Origin: Hyphomicrobiales bacterium | GTDB taxonomy: Bacteria > Pseudomonadota > Alphaproteobacteria > Rhizobiales > GCA-2746425 | Length of the DNA stretch: 40,000 bases | Assembly: GCA_039986835.1 (NCBI GenBank) | Contig: JBDWQA010000006.1 | Location: forward strand, 295,560-335,559 | Direction of reading: 5' to 3' | Part shown: piece after piece, positions 19,609 to 28,123 of the stretch | How the letters are laid out: the number at the start of each line of letters is the position of its first letter | Position numbering within the stretch: the stretch's first letter is position 1 | Notes under the pieces: generated by a model | The model's database searches: none | Told to the model about the DNA's origin: nothing | The model's input: the letters and a program-made list of their open reading frames with translations, nothing else | Program-made: the position numbers and the translations under genes

Positions 19609-19812
19609 ATGGAACCTTCTACTATTGCCTCAATTGTGTCTGCATCTGCTCAAGCCAACGTCGCGAGCGCCGCTGCTGCACGAATGATTAAAATCAACCA
19701 GCAGGCAGCACAGCAACTGGTGGGTGCTATACAGGAAAGTGCCCAAAACCTGGAGAATATTGCTGGCAATCTGGCAAAAGGTGTTGGCGAAACTGTCGAT
19801 TTCTCCGCCTAA
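19609..19812 (+). CDS. YjfB-like small protein (putative motility protein family)
   Basis: 67-aa Ala/Gln-rich ORF. The N-terminal S.IAS...SAQA...AAA.MIK pattern and the C-terminal G..VDFSA ending resemble the YjfB family as I recall it. Confidence 0.5.
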   Translation: MEPSTIASIVSASAQANVASAAAARMIKINQQAAQQLVGAIQESAQNLENIAGNLAKGVGETVDFSA

Positions 19813-19851
19813 AACCAATCATCTTTGAAATTGCTACAAATTCGGACCGCT

Positions 19852-20646
19852 TTATGCGGTAACCATATTGAGCGGTTTGATTTGTTCTTTATGCACGCGG
19901 TTAATCGATATAGATACAAGTTGATTTGGTGCGATTGTTTGCCAGTTTTCAGGCATGCCATCCAATGGCTCAGATGCAAGAACGGTTCCTGCAAATGCTT
20001 TGCCTTGTGACATATAAAGAGTAGGGCACTTGCTATCACTTGCATAGCGGAAGCCATATAAAGCCTGTCCATCAGAAAATACAATAGTCAGGCGAAGAGG
20101 GCGATGTTTAGGGCGCTTTGTTTTCATGAGTTCAAGACATTGGTCTATTGTCTTCGAAACTGCGCGAGACGGGTTTTCTGACAGTCCGTTGGTGATCATC
20201 AAAAGGAAGAAGAGCTCAGAATCTGTACTGCCTCGTTTCGCCAAATAGTCTTTCTCGTTGAGTAAAGCTTCCAGCTCTCTGCGTATCAACTGAAAGTCAC
20301 CAATGCCACCATTATGCATAAAGGACCAGACACCATTTATGAATGGGTGACAATTGGTCCTTGAAGTCTCGCCTTCCGTTGAGGCGCGAACATGGGCAAG
20401 AAACAAATGTGAACGTACCATGCGGCAGATACTTGGAAGATTACTGTCAGACCAGGCAGGGAAGACATCTTTGAAAATTCCAGGTTCGGCAAGAGTATCG
20501 TACCAAGCGATTCCAAACCCGTCACCGTTGACAGCTAGTTTTGCTTCATGCGCTTCTTGACTTTGCACCAGCAAAGAGTGCGCTGGCTCCACGACGAGGC
20601 GTTCAAGGGATGTCTTAGGTCCGTGATAGGCAACCAGCCTGCACAT
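19852..20646 (-). CDS. Class II (Ntn-type) glutamine amidotransferase domain protein
   Basis: 264-aa ORF beginning MCRLVAYHG, with the catalytic Cys right after the Met. Motifs NGDGFGIAWY, HVRASTEG..SRTNCHPF and FMHNGGI are typical of YafJ/EgtC-like amidotransferases. Confidence 0.85.
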   Translation of the reverse strand: MCRLVAYHGPKTSLERLVVEPAHSLLVQSQEAHEAKLAVNGDGFGIAWYDTLAEPGIFKDVFPAWSDSNLPSICRMVRSHLFLAHVRASTEGETSRTNCHPFINGVWSFMHNGGIGDFQLIRRELEALLNEKDYLAKRGSTDSELFFLLMITNGLSENPSRAVSKTIDQCLELMKTKRPKHRPLRLTIVFSDGQALYGFRYASDSKCPTLYMSQGKAFAGTVLASEPLDGMPENWQTIAPNQLVSISINRVHKEQIKPLNMVTA

Positions 20647-20658
20647 GGCTCAAACTAT

Positions 20659-20868
20659 CTATCGGCGATTGTGAATGCGGTGGTGTAACTCGCATATGAT
20701 GTTACCAGCGGTCTTTTCAAACAAGCCAGGTATTAGTGCATGCACAAATGCTGCGCCACCGGCCATGCAAAGCTTTGCTGAAAACCAGCCTGCAAAACGC
20801 ATATGTTCAAAGTAGGATTCTTCTACAGATGCCGGATGTTCAACGAACAGTCTTTTTACAATCTCCAC
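20659..20868 (-). CDS. Small membrane protein, DUF6356-like
   Basis: 69-aa ORF. F.EHPASV.ESYFEHM followed by a hydrophobic segment and FVHALIPGLF matches my recollection of the DUF6356 family. Lies 12 nt upstream of the amidotransferase gene on the same strand. Confidence 0.55.
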   Translation of the reverse strand: MEIVKRLFVEHPASVEESYFEHMRFAGWFSAKLCMAGGAAFVHALIPGLFEKTAGNIICELHHRIHNRR

Positions 20869-20985
20869 GCTATGAACCTCTCGCTCTAATAATATGTATC
20901 AAGGTTATCAACTAGGCTGAGGTAATATGTCTCAAATATACGATAATACTTCCAATAATCGGGACATTATCCCAATTTATAATGT

Positions 20986-21621
20986 TTATTGATCGTTTTC
21001 TAGCAGTCCGTTCAGGAGTGTATCGATATGTGCGTCAATGAATCGATCAATAGGAAGTGGGTCGTGGGATTGGAATGTCGCCTGCCAAATCGCGGCCATG
21101 ATGGCAGGTGCGATAATAATGCGCGGTTCAGTTATGGCGGGCCCATCGCGAAACTCGCCGCGCGAAACTCCACGATCAACAATGCTTTTCAACATCGACA
21201 TCCCTTTTGAAATGGCCTCACTGTGATATAGTTTTATGAGGTCTGGAAACCGATTTCCTTCGGCAATTAGTATTCTCATCAGGGCAGAAGTGTCTGTTCC
21301 GACAAATTCACTGTAGATTCTTCCCAGCACTAATTTCAGCAACTCGTCTGTTGGGCCTTCGAAGCGCTCTACGGCGGCATCAACGCCTTCGATTGAAAGC
21401 ACGATCCGAGAGCGTATTGCGGCGACGAACAGATCCTCCTTGCTGCTGAAGTACCTGTAAATTGTGCCCTTCGCGATGCCGGCACGTTTCGCTACGTCTT
21501 CCAGACGAGTGGCCGCCAATCCATTTAGTGCGAACTCCTTTAGTCCGGCATCAATAATCTCACCCGGTCGAGCATCTTTGCGTCGACGTCTTGGGGGTAA
21601 GTCTGGACCTGATTCTGTCAT
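20986..21621 (-). CDS. TetR/AcrR family transcriptional regulator
   Basis: 211-aa ORF with an N-terminal HTH (ATRLEDVAKRAGIAKGTIYRYFSSKEDLF). Divergent from the exporter operon. Confidence 0.9.
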   Translation of the reverse strand: MTESGPDLPPRRRRKDARPGEIIDAGLKEFALNGLAATRLEDVAKRAGIAKGTIYRYFSSKEDLFVAAIRSRIVLSIEGVDAAVERFEGPTDELLKLVLGRIYSEFVGTDTSALMRILIAEGNRFPDLIKLYHSEAISKGMSMLKSIVDRGVSRGEFRDGPAITEPRIIIAPAIMAAIWQATFQSHDPLPIDRFIDAHIDTLLNGLLENDQ

Positions 21622-21693
21622 AGCGATTCACTGTGGCGATTTTCACAAGACATTCTGAATGGAGCCAATTGACTTCCAGAGAAAGAAAAATAT

Positions 21694-21713
21694 TAATGAC
21701 TTTTGAGTCATTA
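21694..21713. promoter_or_regulatory. Candidate TetR operator: inverted repeat TAATGACT-tttg-AGTCATTA
   Basis: Perfect 8-4-8 palindrome in the 160-bp divergent intergenic region between the TetR gene and the HlyD/DevB gene. Confidence 0.5.
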
Positions 21714-21781
21714 TCTGCTTAACGTGATAAAAAGCAAGTTGAATGTGCTTACTTCCAACTCGATAAAAGCGGATATCGCGA

Positions 21782-23032
21782 GTGTCTCAAAGCCCCAAAA
21801 TTTCGCCAATGGCGTCAGATCATGCTGATTTGCCAATGTTGATTATTGACCATGAGGAAGCTCAGAAATCTCATGCGGGCACTCGCACAGGGTTTTTTTC
21901 AAAGATCGGCTCAAAGCTGTTTGCTATACCGCTGGTCATCCTCGTGATGTTTGCTGGTGGCGTCATTGGGCTTTACTTTCAGCCGCCCGGATTGAAAGCT
22001 TTTTTTAAAACACTTGGACTGCAGCCGGGAGCGGGAACCAGCAGCCCAATCGCTGTTCCAAATCTGGTCGGAAGTGAGGATGAAGAACTAAAGCCTGTAT
22101 CCAAAACCGTAGCTGGTTTGGGGCGTCTTATTCCAGCTGGAGATGTCATCACTGTTGCGCTGCCGTTTGGCGCCGGAGATGCGAGGCTGAAGGACGTTTT
22201 GGTTTCAGTTGGCGATGTCGTCAATAAAGGTGATGTTATTGCGGTTCTGGACAGTATTGGCCAACTTCAAGCCACATTGGAAACCGCACGAGCGACGGTG
22301 GGTGTACGCGAGGCATCGCTAAATCAGACGCGCGAACAGGTGCGGGCAAGTATAGCCGAGGCTGAAGCCTCTTTGCTGCGCTCTCAAGCGGCAGCAGATA
22401 TTGCCCGACAGGAGTTTGAGCGCGCCCAGTCGTTGTTCAAGCGCGATGTTGTCTCGGAAGCGGCGCTGGATCAAGCAGCCTCGGTTCAAACGCAGGCAGA
22501 CCGAGATGTCGAGCGCTCTGCCGCAACGCTATCTCGCTTCACCAGCGATACGATTGACAAGCAGGTCGATGTCGTAGTGGCCGCTCGTAGTCTGGAAGCT
22601 GCTAAAACTGAAGTGAGAAGAGCGCAAGGTGACCTTGAAAAGGCGCGGGTCATTGCACCCATTGATGGCACCGTGCTGGATGTGCATGTACGTCCCGGCG
22701 AGAAGCCGGGCCAGGCAGGTGTGGCAGATATCGGTAATATCAGCGAGATGACAGTTGAGGTGGAGGTATTCCAGAATCAGATTGGATTGATCGAATTGGG
22801 TCAGACCGCTGAAGTGGTGGCTGATGCACTTACAGAGCCACTGCGAGGTGTTGTTTCGAAAATTGGCCTAGAAGTTGGCCGACAGACTGTAAGTGCAGAC
22901 GACCCTGCGGCCAATACAGATGCCCGTGTGGTTGAAGTCATCGTGACACTCGATAAACCATCTTCGGCGTTGGCCGACAGATTTACCAACCTTGCTGTCG
23001 TGACTAGAATTAATGTTGGAGCGCAGAATTGA
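21782..23032 (+). CDS. devB: HlyD-family membrane fusion protein of a DevBCA-type ABC exporter
   Basis: 416-aa ORF with a GTG start. One N-terminal TM helix, a long coiled-coil region, lipoyl/beta-barrel motifs (VIAPIDGTVLDVHVRPGE), and a C-terminal DARVVEV. The stop overlaps the next start (TTGA). Confidence 0.8.
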   Translation: MSQSPKISPMASDHADLPMLIIDHEEAQKSHAGTRTGFFSKIGSKLFAIPLVILVMFAGGVIGLYFQPPGLKAFFKTLGLQPGAGTSSPIAVPNLVGSEDEELKPVSKTVAGLGRLIPAGDVITVALPFGAGDARLKDVLVSVGDVVNKGDVIAVLDSIGQLQATLETARATVGVREASLNQTREQVRASIAEAEASLLRSQAAADIARQEFERAQSLFKRDVVSEAALDQAASVQTQADRDVERSAATLSRFTSDTIDKQVDVVVAARSLEAAKTEVRRAQGDLEKARVIAPIDGTVLDVHVRPGEKPGQAGVADIGNISEMTVEVEVFQNQIGLIELGQTAEVVADALTEPLRGVVSKIGLEVGRQTVSADDPAANTDARVVEVIVTLDKPSSALADRFTNLAVVTRINVGAQN

Positions 23033-24204
23033 CGGCCTTTCTCTCCTGGTTGCTTGGGCGGCTGCCAATTGGTTGGCTTCAGTTAAAACATAATCGGGGA
23101 CGATTGGCTGCCGCAGTTGCGGGAATCGCCTTCGCCAATATTTTGGTGTTTGTTCAGTTGGGCATAATGATGGCTCTAAACACCACAATTCTTGTTCCCT
23201 ACTCATTGCTCAATGCCGACATCATTATATCGGCTGCGGATAGCAATTCGCTGACAGATGGCAGCAATGTTCCGCGACAGAGAGGTTTTGAAGCTCTAAG
23301 CATTGCAGGTGTTGCGGATTCCTTGCCTTTGTTTATTGGCAGCATTAACTGGAAGAAGGATGATGGCAGCTCTACCAATTTGCAAGTGATGGCATCAGAT
23401 CCCGCCAAAGGCGCCTTTCTGGCACAGCCCATTCGGGATGAAATTGCAAAACTGTTTCTCATTGATACGGTCCTGCTGGATAGGAGCACCAGAGGTGCCG
23501 ACGAAGTAAGATTTGAGCAAATCTCGCCGCAGAATCCGATGTTGTTTGAAGCGAATGGTCGCACATTGTCCGCACCTGGAACGATTGATGTAGGTGGCGG
23601 ATTTTCTTCCGATGGGTTTGCCTACACCTCTGATCAAACCTTCCTGCGATTATTTGGCAAACGTATCAGCGGCGCACCAAATCATATCTTGCTCAAAGCT
23701 GAAGCTGATCGAGATATCGATATTGTTATTGCTGAACTCCAGGAACTTTTCCCCACAGGCAAAGTCAAAGTACGCACGCTGGAAGAGGCGGCTCATGCCG
23801 ACCAGGTTTATCAAACAACTGAGCGGCCAACGGGTCTGATTTTTGGGTTCGGTGTGTTGATGGGCGTAATAGTGGGCTTGGTGATCGTGTATCAATTGTT
23901 GTCCACCGACGTCGCAGACCATCTCAAGGAATATGCAACCTTCAAAGCCATGGGCTATCGACAGTCATTTTTCTTAAGCATTGTATTTGAAGAGGCACTG
24001 ATTTTGGCCGTGCTTGGCTTTATCCCCGGGGCATTGATTGCAACGATTTTATATCAATTTCTCAGTGAAGCATCGAGCCTGCCAATCATGATGGACAATG
24101 CGCGTCTGATAGTGGTGTTTTTGGGCACACTTGCCAGTTGTGCGATATCAGGCGCTATTGCCACCCGGCGCTTGGCAGGGGCAGATCCTGCGGACTTGTT
24201 CTAG
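23029..24204 (+). CDS. devC: ABC exporter permease, DevC/FtsX-like
   Basis: 391-aa ORF with a TTG start. An N-terminal TM helix, a large periplasmic loop and a C-terminal three-TM FtsX-type domain (EYATFKAMGYRQSF...). Confidence 0.8.
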   Translation: MTAFLSWLLGRLPIGWLQLKHNRGRLAAAVAGIAFANILVFVQLGIMMALNTTILVPYSLLNADIIISAADSNSLTDGSNVPRQRGFEALSIAGVADSLPLFIGSINWKKDDGSSTNLQVMASDPAKGAFLAQPIRDEIAKLFLIDTVLLDRSTRGADEVRFEQISPQNPMLFEANGRTLSAPGTIDVGGGFSSDGFAYTSDQTFLRLFGKRISGAPNHILLKAEADRDIDIVIAELQELFPTGKVKVRTLEEAAHADQVYQTTERPTGLIFGFGVLMGVIVGLVIVYQLLSTDVADHLKEYATFKAMGYRQSFFLSIVFEEALILAVLGFIPGALIATILYQFLSEASSLPIMMDNARLIVVFLGTLASCAISGAIATRRLAGADPADLF

Positions 24205-24206
24205 CT

Positions 24207-24926
24207 ATGGCTCATCCAGGTGATAAATTTCCGATTGTTACCGAGCGTCTCAACCATTGGTTTGGTATGGGCGAGGCGCGTAAGCAGGCAATTTTTGATG
24301 TGAGCTTGGAAATAGATGCAGGGAAACTTACTATCCTTGTGGGACCGTCTGGTTCCGGAAAGACAACACTTTTGACACTAATCGGGTGCTTGCGTGACGT
24401 ACAGAATGGCAGTGCGCAACTGTTAGGGCAGGAGCTGAACAATGCCAGCGAGGCAGAACTAACGGCCTCGCGACAAAAACTGGGTTTTATCTTTCAGGCT
24501 CACAATTTACATGAAAGCCTGACTGCCCTGCAAAATGTACGCATGGGGTTGGAAGTGCATGCCAGACAAAGCCCTTCGAAAAAAGCTGATACATACAACG
24601 TTGCTGCCGCCCATTTGCTCAACCTAGTTGGTTTGGGAGATCGACAGAAATATCTTCCTTCAAACCTGTCAGGTGGTCAAAAGCAGCGGGTTGCTGTTGC
24701 TCGGGCTCTTGTGGGAAATCCCTTGGTGGTCTTTGCAGACGAGCCGACAGCGGCTCTGGACAAAGAATCTGGCCGTAACGTTGTTGCATTGTTGCGGCGG
24801 CTGGGACAGGAGCGCGGTACGACAACTGTCATGGTCACTCACGACAACCGTATTTTGGAAATGGCTGATAGAATCGTAACGCTTGAAGAAGGGCGTATTG
24901 TAGACGACAAGCGTTTTGACACTTAG
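24207..24926 (+). CDS. devA: ABC exporter ATP-binding protein, DevA family
   Basis: Walker A GPSGSGKTTLLTLIG, signature LSGGQKQRVAVARAL, Walker B VVFADEPTAALD. LRDVQNGS and IFQAHNL are typical of the DevA subgroup. ATG 24207 lies 2 nt after the devC stop. Confidence 0.9.
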   Translation: MAHPGDKFPIVTERLNHWFGMGEARKQAIFDVSLEIDAGKLTILVGPSGSGKTTLLTLIGCLRDVQNGSAQLLGQELNNASEAELTASRQKLGFIFQAHNLHESLTALQNVRMGLEVHARQSPSKKADTYNVAAAHLLNLVGLGDRQKYLPSNLSGGQKQRVAVARALVGNPLVVFADEPTAALDKESGRNVVALLRRLGQERGTTTVMVTHDNRILEMADRIVTLEEGRIVDDKRFDT

Positions 24927-24977
24927 GTGTGATTATCTGATTGTCTCTGCCTTCATTTTTGGGATACTCTCCTTCAA

Positions 24978-25439
24978 ATGAGCTCTGGTATAGATGAAAC
25001 AGATCGTGCGATTTTACGAATTTTGCAACGTGATGCGTCCGTTAGTGTCGATACACTTGCAGAAAAGGTGCATATGTCACGCAATGCGTGCTGGCGTCGG
25101 GTCAAGCAATTAGAAGCTCAAAACATCATTTGCAATCGTGTTGTGTTGGTCAATCCTGACGAAGTTGATCTTGGATTGTCCGTCATAGTTCTGATCAAAA
25201 CAAATGCACATGATCCGGACTGGTTGAAAAAATTTCGCGAAGCGGTGCGATCGATGCCAGAAATCCTGGGCGCCCATCGGATGACGGGCGAGTTGGACTA
25301 TGTTTTGCGCATAAGAGTTTCAAATGTGAAAGCCTACGACAAATTTTATCAGGATCTCATTCGCCGCATAGACATTGCAGATGTGTCTGCAAGCTTTGTC
25401 ATGGAAGACCTAAAGGATACGACAGAACTTCCCATATAG
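24978..25439 (+). CDS. Lrp/AsnC family transcriptional regulator
   Basis: 153-aa ORF with an N-terminal HTH (DETDRAILRILQRDASVSVDTLAEKVHMSRNACWRRVKQLE) and a C-terminal RAM/AsnC_trans_reg domain. Confidence 0.9.
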   Translation: MSSGIDETDRAILRILQRDASVSVDTLAEKVHMSRNACWRRVKQLEAQNIICNRVVLVNPDEVDLGLSVIVLIKTNAHDPDWLKKFREAVRSMPEILGAHRMTGELDYVLRIRVSNVKAYDKFYQDLIRRIDIADVSASFVMEDLKDTTELPI

Positions 25440-25447
25440 GATTGCTG

Positions 25448-25990
25448 TCAATGTGCCGTCTCATTTTCCGAACACTCGTATAGTTCTGCAATCTGGCTTG
25501 CTGCTGCCGCCGCGTTTTCTGCTCTAATTTTGCCGTCCGTTGTAACCATCATTACCAAGCCACCGATTTTTTTTTGAAGCGTTTCACCATAGAAAAATAG
25601 CCGTGCGGCAGCCTTTGTATTCATCTGCGAAATCGTCCTGACCTGCGCTACTACGATGAATCACCTCTCCCTTCAGTGCGCGCTGATTTTTAGGTGCTTC
25701 ATGTCTCTGTCCAAAATAATCAAAAGGATGGGAGAGTTTTATATGATGGAGCCAATGATTGCACAGCTTTTAATTCTGATACATCGAATTGGTGCGCGCG
25801 TAAGCGTTTCCAAGTCTAAATCCAGATTTGCTCAATTTTACGCCGAGTTATCGGAGATATGGCCACCAAATTACTGCAAAAAGGTTGCGCAAACAAAGAT
25901 AAAATTTAATCAACCGTACTGCGGTTTGTTTCAATTTGTCGCATATGTGTATCTACTGACTGAGGAAGTTCTTATTCAGGTGACTAAGCA
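25448..25990 (-). pseudogene. Decayed, 5'-truncated third copy of the dual-PAS gene family
   Basis: My hand translation of the minus strand gives segments homologous to the two intact paralogs, e.g. RALKGEVIH..., AIFLW and KIGGLVMMVTT versus RALKGEVIY..., VVFPW and KIGGLIIMVTS. These segments lie in different frames. There is an in-frame TAA at 25760-25762 and a TGA at 25584-25586. About 100 nt is missing in the inter-PAS segment, and the N-terminal ~70 codons are absent. Confidence 0.65.
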
Positions 25991-25994
25991 ATTT

Positions 25995-26888
25995 CTACCT
26001 GATTTCACCAAAACGATGCTGTCTGGAACCAGTATGTTTCATCAATCCAGCGATTTGTCGAACTGTACCGGTGTTCTCTTCTTTTGATTTGGCCAGGGAG
26101 GTCACCATGATAATCAGACCGCCGATTTTATTTGAAGACGTACGCCAGGGGAAAACAACAGATCCAAACATGCGAGAACCTGATCTCTCGTCGGCTTCCA
26201 AAGCTGTTTTGCGATAAATAACTTCACCTTTCAAAGCCCGCTGATGCTCTTCGCGCCACGCCTTGGGTACATCAGGCAATACTTCATAGTGTGATTTGCC
26301 GATGAATGACGTTGGGTTTTCAAGCTTATGAAACTCTGCCCATGCCGGACTAATTTGAACATACCGCATGTCGCGGTCCACGATTACCAGCGGTGAGGGG
26401 GAGTTTGTTATGATTGAGTTGACCATTTGACCGCGCGTCTCAGAGATATTTCGATCGTTGATACGTTCAGTGACATCTCGGAAAACACCATATATGGCTG
26501 TGACTGAACCTGATTTGGTCAGTTCCACAGATGCGATAGCTTCAACGAACCGCATCTTGCCGTCCGCGCGGTTTAGTCTGAGTACAAAGTCAAATCCCCT
26601 TTTGTGAGAAATCGCGTCGTTTATCAAATACTCTACGGTTTTGGCATCATCCGGGTGGTAAAGCGAGATTGCCTTTCCGACATTGATTGGGCCGGGTTCA
26701 GGTTCCATGCCATGGATACGATAGACGGTTTCTGACCACATCACTTGCCCAGTTGTCATGTCTAACCGCCAGGAACCAAATTTCTCAGAACGCATAACAA
26801 GTTGCATCAACATGTTCGCATCAGCCATCAGTTTTTCCGGCTTTTCACCACTGTGATCGAACTGGTTTGATCTGATGTGTTTTTCCAA
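25995..26888 (-). CDS. Stand-alone dual-PAS domain protein (no recognisable output domain), paralog A
   Basis: 297-aa ORF. First PAS (PAS_3-like): FGSWRLDMTTGQVMWSETVYRIHG...YHPDD...RADGKMRFVE. Second PAS: NSPSPLVIVDRDMRYVQISPAW...IGKSHYE...HQRALKGE...GGLIIMVT. The TTG start is supported by N-terminal conservation with paralog B (EKHIRSNQF versus KQHTRSLQF). Confidence 0.85.
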   Translation of the reverse strand: MEKHIRSNQFDHSGEKPEKLMADANMLMQLVMRSEKFGSWRLDMTTGQVMWSETVYRIHGMEPEPGPINVGKAISLYHPDDAKTVEYLINDAISHKRGFDFVLRLNRADGKMRFVEAIASVELTKSGSVTAIYGVFRDVTERINDRNISETRGQMVNSIITNSPSPLVIVDRDMRYVQISPAWAEFHKLENPTSFIGKSHYEVLPDVPKAWREEHQRALKGEVIYRKTALEADERSGSRMFGSVVFPWRTSSNKIGGLIIMVTSLAKSKEENTGTVRQIAGLMKHTGSRQHRFGEIR

Positions 26889-27040
26889 GGCCTTTGCCTA
26901 ATTTCTCGCGTGTCTGTTTGTGTATAGTTAGGGTAAGTTTTCTAAATCTATCTAGAGTTTTTCGATCATTTCAATCTAGGCTGCAGTTTACGCATTCAGA
27001 TCTAGAAATAAAGATATCCAGAAGAATTAACGTTAACACA

Positions 27041-27934
27041 CTATTTGGAAGCGTGCGGCGTATTGTCAAGTGGCTGCGATCGACCAATTAGATTAGCAAA
27101 TCTGGCTGCAGTTTGGGCATTTTCTTTCTCTGAATTTGACAAGGAGGTCACCATTATTATGAGGCCTCCCACTTTGTCGGTACCCGTCCGCCACGGGAAA
27201 ACAACTGATCCAAACATATCTGGCGGCGCTTCTTGTCCAATTCTTAGTGTAGTCGTTCGATGAATTATTTCTCCTTTGAGGGCTCTTTGATGCTCTGTTT
27301 TCCACTCCTCGGGAATATTTTTCATCAATGCGTAATGTGATTTACCAATAAAATTCCCAGGATTGGTAATTCTATGAAACTTGGCCCAGGATGGACTGAT
27401 CTGCAAATAGTTCATTTTGCGGTCCACAATAACCAGTGGCGTTGGAGAGTTTGTGACTATTGAATTTACAAGCATTCCACGCGTTTTTGATATCTCCTTT
27501 TCTGAAACCTCGTCTGTAATATCTTTTATCGTACCATAGACAAAAACAACGTTTCCTAGAGAATCCTCTTTAACCATGCCGACAGATTCTACAAAGCGCA
27601 CCTTGCCGTCAGCACGTGTGAGCCGTTGGACAAATTCAAAACCTTTCTTGTTTTCCAAGGCTTGTTCAATAAGGAAATTTACCGTGCCTACATCATCAGG
27701 ATGATATGCTTTAACAGCGCGCTCAATGTCCACTGGACCCTTTCGCGGGCGTAGTCCATGGATTTTATAGACATTTGGAGACCACCAGACTTCACCACTG
27801 TCCGTCTGAAATCTCCAAGTGCCGAATGTATCCCTACGTTGAATGAGTTGCAGAATACTTTCGGCCGGTGCCATCAATTCATCGGTTTCCAGTTCAAACG
27901 CACTGAACTGCAAGGAGCGTGTATGTTGTTTCAT
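27041..27934 (-). CDS. Stand-alone dual-PAS domain protein (no recognisable output domain), paralog B
   Basis: 297-aa ORF with an ATG start and GGAG 9 nt upstream. Colinear and gap-free against paralog A, with roughly half the residues identical by eye. Confidence 0.85.
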   Translation of the reverse strand: MKQHTRSLQFSAFELETDELMAPAESILQLIQRRDTFGTWRFQTDSGEVWWSPNVYKIHGLRPRKGPVDIERAVKAYHPDDVGTVNFLIEQALENKKGFEFVQRLTRADGKVRFVESVGMVKEDSLGNVVFVYGTIKDITDEVSEKEISKTRGMLVNSIVTNSPTPLVIVDRKMNYLQISPSWAKFHRITNPGNFIGKSHYALMKNIPEEWKTEHQRALKGEIIHRTTTLRIGQEAPPDMFGSVVFPWRTGTDKVGGLIIMVTSLSNSEKENAQTAARFANLIGRSQPLDNTPHASK

Positions 27935-28100
27935 TACTCAACTCCGACTGATAAAAATGTTCCTCTGATAAGGGATTGTGTTCCCTTAATTAAAAACTTC
28001 TTTGCAAGTATATTTTTAGGTTATTGTTTTCACAACTATAAGTTATTTTTATTTCTTTTTGATAAATTTTCGATTGAATTTTTAATAAGAATGTTGAGAA

Positions 28101-28123
28101 AAAATGCATACTCGCTGCATTTT
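28101..28123 (-). terminator. Weak candidate terminator downstream of tlpA
   Basis: Inverted repeat AAAATGCA-n7-TGCATTTT. On the minus strand it is followed by TTTTTT. The stem is AT-rich, so stability is low. Confidence 0.3.

Noticed and set aside
25656-26087. 143-aa plus-strand ORF in the gap between the Lrp gene and PAS paralog A
   Set aside because: It lies antisense to sequence that translates on the minus strand into recognisable but disrupted PAS-family segments. Its own product has no motif and an odd composition. I interpret it as a shadow ORF over the pseudogene.
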